DNA from: Methanothermobacter thermautotrophicus str. Delta H | GTDB taxonomy: Archaea > Methanobacteriota > Methanobacteria > Methanobacteriales > Methanothermobacteraceae | Assembly (NCBI RefSeq): GCF_000008645.1 | Contig: NC_000916.1 | Span: 210,001 to 242,000 of the forward strand | Length of the DNA: 32,000 bases | Direction: 5' to 3' | In this document: positions 8,924 to 17,220 of the stretch, in pieces | Numbering within the stretch: the first letter of the stretch is position 1 | Layout: every line of letters begins with the position of its first letter | Position numbers and translations under genes: made by a program | Notes under the pieces: model-generated | The model's input: the letters and a program-made list of their open reading frames with translations, nothing else | Told to the model about the DNA's origin: nothing | The model's database searches: none

Positions 8924-10774
8924 ATGGCAGTATGGCAGGATAACCTTAAAAGACTGCTGAATCAGAAAGAGGTACTCATAATCCACGGAAACATAAGGGA
9001 CACCGCATACCTCACCGAGGAAGGAAACCTCGTCAGGGGCCTCACAGACCTTATCAACAGGACCGGCAGGGAACTTGGATACGATAAGACAGTGAGCTGG
9101 GGTTCATTCTTTGACCATGAAGGGAGGGGCCACTCCCCCATGTGGTCACTTGAAAGGATCACACCACTCAATGGGGACCAGCCAGAGATAAGGGAAACCG
9201 AAAGCCAGGACAGAGTCAGTGACGTACTCCACAGATGGCTGGAGGACGAAATAACCTCCATTGATGAGAAAAAGATCTTTATTATAAATTACATCGACAA
9301 GATCACAGGCTACGCTCCAGATGGAATGTACTCTGAACCCACAGCAGAACTTGTGACGCTCATACAGAAGATAATAGAGAACATATCTGAAAACAACCGC
9401 CTCATAATGATCGCCCTCAGGGACACGATGATCCCGGTTGAGTACTATACGAACTCGCCCCGTGTAGCAGTGATGGAGATACCCCTCCCTGACAGAGCAG
9501 AGAGACACCTTTACTATTCCACAACACTGGCCTCAGCAAGCATCCCATCCGATCAGATAGACTTACTCTCCAACATCACAGAGGGCCTCTACATGAAGGA
9601 CCTCGAAAACATCCTCAGCGACGTCCTGGAAGAAATTGATGAGAACCAGGAAGTCTCCTCTTCAATGCTGAGAAAAATAGTTAACAGGTACCGTATAGGT
9701 ACCGAAGAGGATCCATGGAGCAGGATACCACTCACAGGGCCTCCAAAGGGGCTTCTGGACTCGGCAGAGAACTGGTTTCTGGAGAGGGTTGTCGGACAGG
9801 ATCATGCGGTCAGGGAGATAGTGAATGCAATAAAGAAGGCACGTTCAGGTGTCGTGGGCCTTTCATCGGGGGGACAGTCAAAACCAAAGGCAACGTTCTT
9901 CTTCGCAGGGCCTACAGGTGTTGGTAAAACATTCCTGGCCAAAAAACTGGCAGAGTACCTGTTTGATACGGAGGAAGCATTTTTAAGGTTTGACATGAGT
10001 GAATTCAAGGAAGAGCACACAGTATCAAAGCTCATAGGTTCTCCTCCAGGTTATGTTGGATATGAACAGGGAGGACAGCTCACCAACGCCATAAAGAACA
10101 GACCATTCTCGGTCATCCTCTTTGATGAGATCGAAAAGGCTCACCCCAAGATAATGGATATATTCCTTCAGATCCTTGATGATGGACGCCTCACAGACAG
10201 CAGGGGACAGACGGTCTTCTTCACAGAGAGCGTGATAATATTCACATCCAACATCGGGACCAGAACCGTGGACAGCAGGGGAAACACCACATCTGAACAG
10301 AGGAAACTTGATGAAATAATAAATGACAGCGATCTCTCTGACTCTGAAAGGGAGAGAAGGGTGAGGGAACACTTCACGCGCAGTGTTAGAGAGTTCTTCA
10401 TGCATGAGATATCAAGAAGAGAACTTCTTAACAGGATAGGCTCACATATAATAGCCTTCAACTACCTGAAAAAATCAGATTACCAGGTGAACATAATTGA
10501 AAACAAACTCAAGGACATTTCAGAGAACTTCCGCGACAAATTCGCAGGCAGGGGGCACCGGCTCCACCTCTCCGGGGAATTAACTGGATATTTCCTTGAG
10601 AAGTATGGAGATTCAATATCAGAGTTCGGGGGCAGAGGTCTTGTAAATGCCCTTGAAGATGAAATAGGGAACATAGTGGCTGACCAGCTGCTCCTTGCAG
10701 AGGAGAGGGGAATGTCAGATATAAATTTCGAAGTATATGTTGATGGGGATGTAATCAGATGCCGGAGATCATGA
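8924..10774 (+). CDS. ClpB/Hsp100-like AAA+ ATPase with degenerate N-terminal AAA-like module and one intact AAA_2 module
   Basis: GPTGVGKTFLAKKLAEYLF (Walker A), VILFDEIEKAH (Walker B), GSPPGYVGYEQGGQLT (pore loop), IIFTSNIG, GGRGLVNALED; N-terminal half (LIIHGNIRDTAYL...FIINYIDKITGY...IMIALRDT) has no Walker A. Confidence 0.85.
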   Translation: MAVWQDNLKRLLNQKEVLIIHGNIRDTAYLTEEGNLVRGLTDLINRTGRELGYDKTVSWGSFFDHEGRGHSPMWSLERITPLNGDQPEIRETESQDRVSDVLHRWLEDEITSIDEKKIFIINYIDKITGYAPDGMYSEPTAELVTLIQKIIENISENNRLIMIALRDTMIPVEYYTNSPRVAVMEIPLPDRAERHLYYSTTLASASIPSDQIDLLSNITEGLYMKDLENILSDVLEEIDENQEVSSSMLRKIVNRYRIGTEEDPWSRIPLTGPPKGLLDSAENWFLERVVGQDHAVREIVNAIKKARSGVVGLSSGGQSKPKATFFFAGPTGVGKTFLAKKLAEYLFDTEEAFLRFDMSEFKEEHTVSKLIGSPPGYVGYEQGGQLTNAIKNRPFSVILFDEIEKAHPKIMDIFLQILDDGRLTDSRGQTVFFTESVIIFTSNIGTRTVDSRGNTTSEQRKLDEIINDSDLSDSERERRVREHFTRSVREFFMHEISRRELLNRIGSHIIAFNYLKKSDYQVNIIENKLKDISENFRDKFAGRGHRLHLSGELTGYFLEKYGDSISEFGGRGLVNALEDEIGNIVADQLLLAEERGMSDINFEVYVDGDVIRCRRS

Positions 10775-11826
10775 ACCTTTACTGTGAGGTGAACCTGACA
10801 ACGCCCCTGGTCCTTGTGCTTGAGCCATCACCGGTCCTCTGGGAGGATATAATGAAGGTTTCAGCTGAAGTTATCGATTCCTTCCCGGGGAGGGTTAACA
10901 GGGTCTACTTCCCTGGCCAGAGGGAACACGAAGCCATCAGAACCTCCGGGGACCTCCGGAGAGATGGTCCGCGATGTCTCAGCAGGGGCAGGAACAGACC
11001 CCTTCTAATAAACCCGGTCCTTGAGAAACTCAATGAGGAAAAATTCACAGGTATCATAATCCTTGTTTCATCACGGGTCCCCATTGATATTGAGGACTGG
11101 GAGGGTACGGATGTCCCTGAGAGGCTGGTCTTCATCAACATGGGTGATGGGGACATTGAAGGCCCCTACAGGGTTATCGGCAGATCAAACATCAACCTCC
11201 AGATAGCTCCCCTCCTAAACAATGAGCCTACCGAGGTTTTTGTTTCCGGTGATGGCTTTGTCCCGTTGCGTTACAGTGTTGAGCCATTCAGATCATCAGA
11301 GATAGTGTTCAGGGATGGGGACTTCCTCCTGAATATTGAACCATCATCTGAGCCTTTAAAAATCCACCTTGCAGCAATCTGTAAGGACAGAGTTCCAGAA
11401 CTCAATATAAGACGTCAGAGGGGGTCACTGACAGAGAGGGTAGGTTTTAAGGAGGAAAGGCCCTGGTTTGATCAGAAATGGAATAAGATCCCTGATGATC
11501 TGAGGGACATCATCAGATCCGCCACAGAGAAAAGGGACTTCAAATGCCCCAGCTGCGGTGAAAAACACGCCTTTGATACCATGACATGCCCCTCCGGGGA
11601 CCTGATTTTAAGGGGACTGCCCGCAGGCAGATGCATCCTCTTCAGGGGAGATGAATACATTTCACTGGCAGATGCCCATGCATATCCCCTGGAGGATGGG
11701 AAGATAATAACCGCGGAGGGTAAGATTTACCGTCTGAAGGATGATGGTGGATGGGAGTACCTGAAGGACGTGGAACCATACGAGAGGGTTGATGATGATC
11801 TATTCGCATTATTCTATAGTATTTGA
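10771..11826 (+). CDS. Cluster protein with possible degenerate vWA-like fold and a Zn ribbon
   Basis: Starts in an ATGA overlap with the AAA+ stop. Alternating strand/helix pattern PLVLVLEPSPVLWEDIMKVSAEVIDSF ... GIIILVSSRVP ... RLVFINMG; Zn-knuckle-like CPSCGEKHAFDTMTCPSG. Confidence 0.5.
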   Translation: MNLYCEVNLTTPLVLVLEPSPVLWEDIMKVSAEVIDSFPGRVNRVYFPGQREHEAIRTSGDLRRDGPRCLSRGRNRPLLINPVLEKLNEEKFTGIIILVSSRVPIDIEDWEGTDVPERLVFINMGDGDIEGPYRVIGRSNINLQIAPLLNNEPTEVFVSGDGFVPLRYSVEPFRSSEIVFRDGDFLLNIEPSSEPLKIHLAAICKDRVPELNIRRQRGSLTERVGFKEERPWFDQKWNKIPDDLRDIIRSATEKRDFKCPSCGEKHAFDTMTCPSGDLILRGLPAGRCILFRGDEYISLADAHAYPLEDGKIITAEGKIYRLKDDGGWEYLKDVEPYERVDDDLFALFYSI

Positions 11827-12390
11827 TCGAACAGGATTTCCATTGATCCAGCTGGACAGCTGGGATCATTCCATCGGCCTGTTCCCTGTCAGCAAGTACC
11901 AGTTTGAACGTTTCCTTGTGGATGATGAGGGCTCTGACTACACCGATGAGTGGTACAGGGGGGTCCTGGAATTGAATCCCCGCAGGAGCTGAGGAACCCG
12001 GGTGATAGGGTATGGGAGTTATTCATCACGGGTCTGGATCTTGATGTTATTGAGGACTTCCTCGGCTACCTCGGACCTGAATACAGACTGCCCACCCTGG
12101 ATGAATGGAAGGCCCTTCTTGAACTATCTGAGGGTATAGCTGAAGTATCCCCTGCTCTTAAAATGATCTGCAATGGTAGATCCCCGGAGCCGGTTCTTCA
12201 CTGGCTGGAAGCCGGTCTCTGTCCCCTTATGAGGGAGGGAATTTTTGAGAGGATCCATGGAATTGAGAATAGGGTCGCTGGAAAACCCTTTCACAGTCTT
12301 CTCCCAAATACATGGGCCCCAGAAGAACTCAAGGAGGTTAAAATGGACATGGTTCAGGGCATGATTGGATTCAGGGTTGTAAGGGGATGA
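11789..12390 (+). pseudogene. FGE-sulfatase/SUMF1 (C-type-lectin-like) domain protein split by a -1-type frameshift near a G6 tract
   Basis: Frame A: IGLFPVSKYQFERFLVDDEGSDYTDEWYRG. Frame B: GPGIESPQELRNPGDRVW...YRLPTLDEWKALLEL ... MIGFRVVRG. These match FGE hallmarks (VTNxQYxxF, RLPTExEWE, GFRxVR). Adding one G at 11958-11963 joins them. Confidence 0.65.
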
Positions 12391-12510
12391 TGGTGGTGTG
12401 TCCGTGTGAATTCTGCAGTGGGTGCTGAATTATTTATGGGGGATGATGGTGTATCTCTACGTCCTGGTTTAGGAGGTACTGAATCTGTACTGGAATCATG
12501 GAGGTATATT

Positions 12511-13119
12511 ATGGGTAAACTGAGGGTTGGCAGGTTTCTTATATCCTCAAGGGTTAATGGTCCTGGAAGAAGGTTTGTCATATGGTTTCAGGGGTGTCCC
12601 ATCCGCTGCAGGGGGTGTCTGAATCCGGAGTTCCATGATGAGGATGGCGGCCATCTCATTGAAACTGCCCGGCTGGTTGATATGATCAGGGATCTCAGGG
12701 ATGAAATAGAGGGGGTGACCTTCACCGGTGGCGAACCCCTCGCCCAGGCCATGGAGCTGGTGAAGCTTGCCGGGGCTGTTAAGTCGATGGGCCTCACAGT
12801 GGTATGCTTCACAGGATATGAAATGGATGAAATCCTTAAAGGGAACATAGAGGGCGGGCTCGAGCTCCTTGAATTTGTAGATGTGCTCATAGACGGCCCT
12901 TACATTGAGGAAAAGAGTGCGCCGTTGCTCTGGCGTGGAAGCACAAATCAGGATGTTTATTTTCTTACAGAACGCTATGCTGAATTCAGGGACAGGGTGA
13001 TGGCCTGTTCTGAAATGGAAGCTGAACTCAAAGTAGGTGCAGATGGTGTTTACATGACCGGAATCTTTGATGTTGAATTCTGGGAGGAACTCAGAAGGAG
13101 GCTGGGTGATGGATCTTAG
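12511..13119 (+). CDS. Radical SAM protein of the activating-enzyme (NrdG/PflA-like) type
   Basis: VNGPGRRFVIWFQGCPIRCRGCLNP (CxxxCxxC) and VTFTGGEPLAQAMELVKLAGAVKSMGLTVVCFTGYEMDE. ATG 12511 is preferred over upstream 12406. Confidence 0.85.
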   Translation: MGKLRVGRFLISSRVNGPGRRFVIWFQGCPIRCRGCLNPEFHDEDGGHLIETARLVDMIRDLRDEIEGVTFTGGEPLAQAMELVKLAGAVKSMGLTVVCFTGYEMDEILKGNIEGGLELLEFVDVLIDGPYIEEKSAPLLWRGSTNQDVYFLTERYAEFRDRVMACSEMEAELKVGADGVYMTGIFDVEFWEELRRRLGDGS

Positions 13120-14122
13120 ATGTCCCTACTGCCTGAATGAGACCAGACCTGAACTCAAACCGGGGATCGGCTACTGCTGCAGGGAATGTCAGGAGGCACT
13201 CCCAAAGGATTATGTTGACCCCCTTAACTCAAGGGCCAGGATAGGTCTTGTCGGATTCACGGGTCACGGAAAGACGGTTTATCTTACAAGCCTCTTTTAT
13301 ACCCTGAGGGTCCTTTCAAACAGGGATATATGGAGGAACTTCTCATGGCGCACCTGTGATGACCACACCCATAAAATAAAATATTCAGATGTCAGGAAAT
13401 TTGAAAACTCAAGGCTTCCAGCGAGCACACCTGAAAATTTTCCCAGACCCGCCCTCATACATCTGCAGAATGTTCCATCCATGGGTGACATCTTCCTCAG
13501 CTTCTATGATACGGCGGGAAGGGTTTATGAAAGCGCCGAAAAGATAACCGATATGGGAAGATTCGTTGCCCATGCCGACACGGTGTTCTTTCTCATAAGC
13601 CTCAGTGAGAGCGGCCTTGGTGAGTGTGATATGGGTGATGTGAGTTTTGAAATGGAGCGTCTCCTTGATATATACATAAGGGGGGTCTATGAGAAGATGC
13701 ATGTTGACCTTTCAGATAAGCAGGAAATGGTTGTGCTTCTGACAAAGGCCGATGAGATTGACATCCTCCCTGAGGACCTCCATAAATTTTTAAACGAATC
13801 TTCATGTAACTGGTGGATGAATGATGACCTGGAGGCCAGATTCAGTGCCCTTGATAACTATTCTGAGAGGATAAGGGAATGGCTGAGAAGTGAGGGCTGT
13901 GGAGGATTTGTTAATCTGGCTGAAAACAATTTTAAAGGTGTTAAGTATACACTGATCTCATCAACAGGTGCCAGTCCAGTGGGGGATACCCTGGTCACGA
14001 AACTTGAACCGGAGCACCCAAAGGGGGTCATCAATCCACTCGTCTTTGCAATGAGGAGCGCATGCTCCCGTGAATCAGCACAGGGTGTCAGGAGTTTTAT
14101 TGGCAAAATCAGGAGGAGGTAG
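13109..14122 (+). CDS. Zn-ribbon plus P-loop GTPase-like protein
   Basis: CPYCLNETRPELKPGIGYCCREC; Walker A RIGLVGFTGHGKTVYLTSLFYTL; switch-like FLSFYDTAGRVY; TKADEID (NKxD equivalent). Overlaps the radical SAM stop. Confidence 0.8.
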   Translation: MDLRCPYCLNETRPELKPGIGYCCRECQEALPKDYVDPLNSRARIGLVGFTGHGKTVYLTSLFYTLRVLSNRDIWRNFSWRTCDDHTHKIKYSDVRKFENSRLPASTPENFPRPALIHLQNVPSMGDIFLSFYDTAGRVYESAEKITDMGRFVAHADTVFFLISLSESGLGECDMGDVSFEMERLLDIYIRGVYEKMHVDLSDKQEMVVLLTKADEIDILPEDLHKFLNESSCNWWMNDDLEARFSALDNYSERIREWLRSEGCGGFVNLAENNFKGVKYTLISSTGASPVGDTLVTKLEPEHPKGVINPLVFAMRSACSRESAQGVRSFIGKIRRR

Positions 14123-14128
14123 GTGTTC

Positions 14129-15622
14129 ATGGAAATATACCAGTTTGTATACACCAAGGTGCCACCTGAAGAATCTCCATGGAATATAAGGGATTTTCAC
14201 ACAGTCTTCTATCCTGTGGATCTTATTTCAAGGGAAGACCTTTATGAAATGGAGAGAATGATACACAAGCCACAGATAGATGGCTTTAGAGATAAATTAA
14301 CGGTTTTTTACAGGAAGATAGATGATATGGATTATCTTGCAATCCTTTACCTCACTGACCTTCCTGAGGAGAGGGATGTCTTTGGGAGGGGAGGCCTCTT
14401 CCTGTGCCATGGATTTTTATTCCCGCCTGAAATCTGGATGATGGCTCAAACACCCCTTGAACTCTTTGATATCGTGAAAGGCCATGTATTTAATGGGATC
14501 GAAGACCTTTTAAACTCAGGAATCGTTGACAGGAATAGCGGTAACATTGAGGCTATAGAGATTTCAGGTTATTCTCCCCCCGGGGATATGCGCCCCCCAC
14601 TGTCCGATGACCTTAAACTGAAGATAACATCATACCTTTTTAAGATGGCTTCAGGGATCAGGGACTGCCCACCTCTGCTTTTAGCCGGTGAACCCTCTGA
14701 TGTATCAGAACTGCTGGATGAGGTTCTCTTCTACATCCCGGATGAACTGAAGGTCAACCTTGGATGGGATTCAGCCTTTGATGGAGGCAGCCTCTACCAT
14801 TATCCCCTTAAAATACTCGGATTCCAGGAGGAAATGCCCTATGGAGGGAACCCTGTTTCTGTTGACCTGTATAACCGAACAGTTGATTGCCCGGGCGAAT
14901 CAGCAGGGCTTTTACATCCCGTTTCAACCTATGAGAGATGGCTGGAGAACTGTGATGAAAGAGTTTCAAGGGAGGATATCAATGCAGCCTACCGGCTGTC
15001 GCTCCTGGTTGATTCCATGGAGCCACCCTCCTCAGTTGAGGAGGTAATGCCCCAGCTGGAAAACTTTTCTTACATCAACAGGGACCCCATTGAGGGGCAG
15101 TTCAGGAGAAAATTCCATGAAGTCTTTGGCATGACCCTCACTGATCCTGATTTACCTCCGGCGACCATGCTGAAGTTCCTCATTGAGGGCGCATCATGTG
15201 ATTCCATGGCGGGTTTCATTGAGTCACTGGTTCTTGATGGTTATCTCACTGAGGAGGACATAAAACTTCCAGGGGAGGTCACAGAGAGGAGCAGGATTCT
15301 GATGACCATTCAGAGGTTATGGGATGGTGCTGATATCACTGACGAAATCATGGAATCTGATTCTGAAGAACGCCGCCATATATTCGCATATCTAATCGGA
15401 ACCGGACTTTTGATGAAAAATGAATCACTTAAAGACTTATTGAGGGATAATGAGGATTTTAACGCTTTACTGGAGGAGAGGGAGGATCTTTTTGATATTT
15501 TAAATAACTCTGGATTCTCTGTATCTGGAAGTGAGTCCGCAGATGATCCTGAAGATGGATCTGACATCATAAATCTGAATAAAGTGAAGATGGTAATATC
15601 AGGGTTATTCAGGAGGCACTGA
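14129..15622 (+). CDS. GTPase-associated protein, GAP1-like N-terminus
   Basis: N-terminus EIYQFVYTKVPPEE...LYLTDLPEERDVFGRGGLFLCHGFLF resembles the GAP1-N pattern (Q[YF]VYT... RGG..F.H.L). Immediately downstream of the GTPase. Confidence 0.55.
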   Translation: MEIYQFVYTKVPPEESPWNIRDFHTVFYPVDLISREDLYEMERMIHKPQIDGFRDKLTVFYRKIDDMDYLAILYLTDLPEERDVFGRGGLFLCHGFLFPPEIWMMAQTPLELFDIVKGHVFNGIEDLLNSGIVDRNSGNIEAIEISGYSPPGDMRPPLSDDLKLKITSYLFKMASGIRDCPPLLLAGEPSDVSELLDEVLFYIPDELKVNLGWDSAFDGGSLYHYPLKILGFQEEMPYGGNPVSVDLYNRTVDCPGESAGLLHPVSTYERWLENCDERVSREDINAAYRLSLLVDSMEPPSSVEEVMPQLENFSYINRDPIEGQFRRKFHEVFGMTLTDPDLPPATMLKFLIEGASCDSMAGFIESLVLDGYLTEEDIKLPGEVTERSRILMTIQRLWDGADITDEIMESDSEERRHIFAYLIGTGLLMKNESLKDLLRDNEDFNALLEEREDLFDILNNSGFSVSGSESADDPEDGSDIINLNKVKMVISGLFRRH

Positions 15623-15688
15623 GTGTCTTCATAGTCTGAATGGACAATATAAGAAAAATAAAAAAGGGATATCAGCTCACCATCCATT

Positions 15689-16198
15689 TCAAGTGCAGAA
15701 CTTTCCTGATGGAGTTAACAGGTTACCACGGGCCGTGATACCAAAGAATACCACATCCTCAGGTCCGTAGCCCTCATCGAAGCTCCAGTCTGTTGTTTCA
15801 AAATAGGCCCTTTCACCTGGTCCCAGGGTGTTTATGAGGGATGACCCTCTGAATACCGGAGCCATTCCAATGGCTATGAGATCTCCATCACTGTTAAATC
15901 CCTTGACCCAGACATAATCGATATGCATGGCTGAGCTGTATCTGTTCTGGATCTCCCCTTTCACAACATAGTCTCCAGTGTAATCTGAGAAGACAGTGTA
16001 GTTGAGGACCTCTACCTGGGCTTTACTCTCGATGACCTCATCGACAGCTGACGACCCATTAATATGACCCAACACAAAACTGAGGAATCCCACTATTAGT
16101 AAGGATATTATGATCAGGGTTGCCTTTGTAAAGGTACTCCTTCTACTCCACCATCCACCTGATCTGCCAGTTTTTCCATCATCAACATCTGAAGACAT
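15689..16198 (-). CDS. Membrane-anchored extracytoplasmic protein, FxLYD-like beta domain
   Basis: N-terminal TM, then VEVLNYTVFSDYTGDYVVKGEIQNRYSSAMHIDYVWVKGFNSDGDLI. Confidence 0.5.
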   Translation of the reverse strand: MSSDVDDGKTGRSGGWWSRRSTFTKATLIIISLLIVGFLSFVLGHINGSSAVDEVIESKAQVEVLNYTVFSDYTGDYVVKGEIQNRYSSAMHIDYVWVKGFNSDGDLIAIGMAPVFRGSSLINTLGPGERAYFETTDWSFDEGYGPEDVVFFGITARGNLLTPSGKFCT

Positions 16199-16235
16199 TA
16201 AATCACCTTATTAAGTCAATCAAAGCTTAAGTCCT

Positions 16236-16682
16236 CTAAAAAACGTGTGCTTGTGTTTGAAGTCCAACAGTAAGAATGTTGGGATGTTCCTCCCAGATGA
16301 TCCCTTCGATTCTGGTCTTCTTACCAGGGGGGAGTACATAATACCCAAAAGCCCACCCATGCAAACGATCTTCACTTGAGTTAAAACCTGTTATGCTGAT
16401 ATCATCAACAAACACGGTTTCTTCATAGTTGTTCTGAATCTCAAAGGTGATATTGTAAATACCGTCATGATCATGAGTTATGGTGTAATTTACGATATTC
16501 ACATGAAATCTTTCATCGTCCATTTCTGTGGCAGAGTCCACCCCCTCGCTGTAACCCAGTGAGTAGGTGATGCATACCCAGAGTATTATGCCGAGGATTA
16601 TGATACCCTTTCTGCTGTAACTGCTCCTTTTACTCCACCATCCACGTAATCTGCCAGTTTTTCCGTCATCATCTGAAGACAT
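16236..16682 (-). CDS. Membrane-anchored extracytoplasmic protein, paralogue of 15689..16198
   Basis: MSSDDDGKTGRLRGWWSKRSS... with TM and VNIVNYTITHDHDGIYNITFEIQNNYEETVFVDDISITGFNSSEDRL; same architecture as its neighbour. Confidence 0.55.
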   Translation of the reverse strand: MSSDDDGKTGRLRGWWSKRSSYSRKGIIILGIILWVCITYSLGYSEGVDSATEMDDERFHVNIVNYTITHDHDGIYNITFEIQNNYEETVFVDDISITGFNSSEDRLHGWAFGYYVLPPGKKTRIEGIIWEEHPNILTVGLQTQAHVF

Positions 16683-17029
16683 ATTATATCACCTTATTCA
16701 TTAACTGTTCTGTTTTATTATTAACTTGTTCAATAATTACAGCATAATTGAATGTTTATATAATTAAAAGTTTCTATTTGAAATTTAGATGTCAATTTAA
16801 TTAACTCATAATTAATTATTGAATCTGACTACTTCAAAAAATGTTTTTAACTTATAAATTGAAATTTAAAAAATAACTGACATTATCTGGAATCATTCTC
16901 TCTTCTGTTTCTATCTTTGAGACTTCAGATTCTTTATCCGTTATTTTCCCGCCCGTCCATCTGCAGTAACTTCTGTTTGCAGTCAGATCACAATTAAATG
17001 ACCATAAACTCAGTGTTTTTGCTGCTGAA

Positions 17030-17097
17030 GGTGTTTCTTATGTAACCGTGACCTTTGAGTTACATAAGAAGCCGGTACTCGCCGGACGTGAAACACC
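17030..17097. repeat. Nested inverted repeats (potential multi-stem structure) in intergenic DNA
   Basis: Outer arms GGTGTTTC (17030-17037)/GAAACACC (17090-17097); inner perfect 12-bp stem TTCTTATGTAAC (17035-17046)/GTTACATAAGAA (17059-17070). Confidence 0.8.
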
Positions 17098-17220
17098 GAA
17101 TCTCCGCCGGCAGGCCTTAAAATGGTTATTATCCTGTCAGTTCCCCCAGATATTCCATTTAAAGATTTTTTCGAAAAAATATTTATTATATCATGTTTAT
17201 AGATCAGAAAGGTGATTGAA

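Noticed and set aside
8924-10774. Calling this gene clpB and the locus a general protein-quality-control operon
   Set aside because: The first AAA module lacks Walker A, no ClpN/M domain is visible, and the neighbours (FGE-like, radical SAM, GTPase, GAP1-like) do not fit a canonical chaperone operon.
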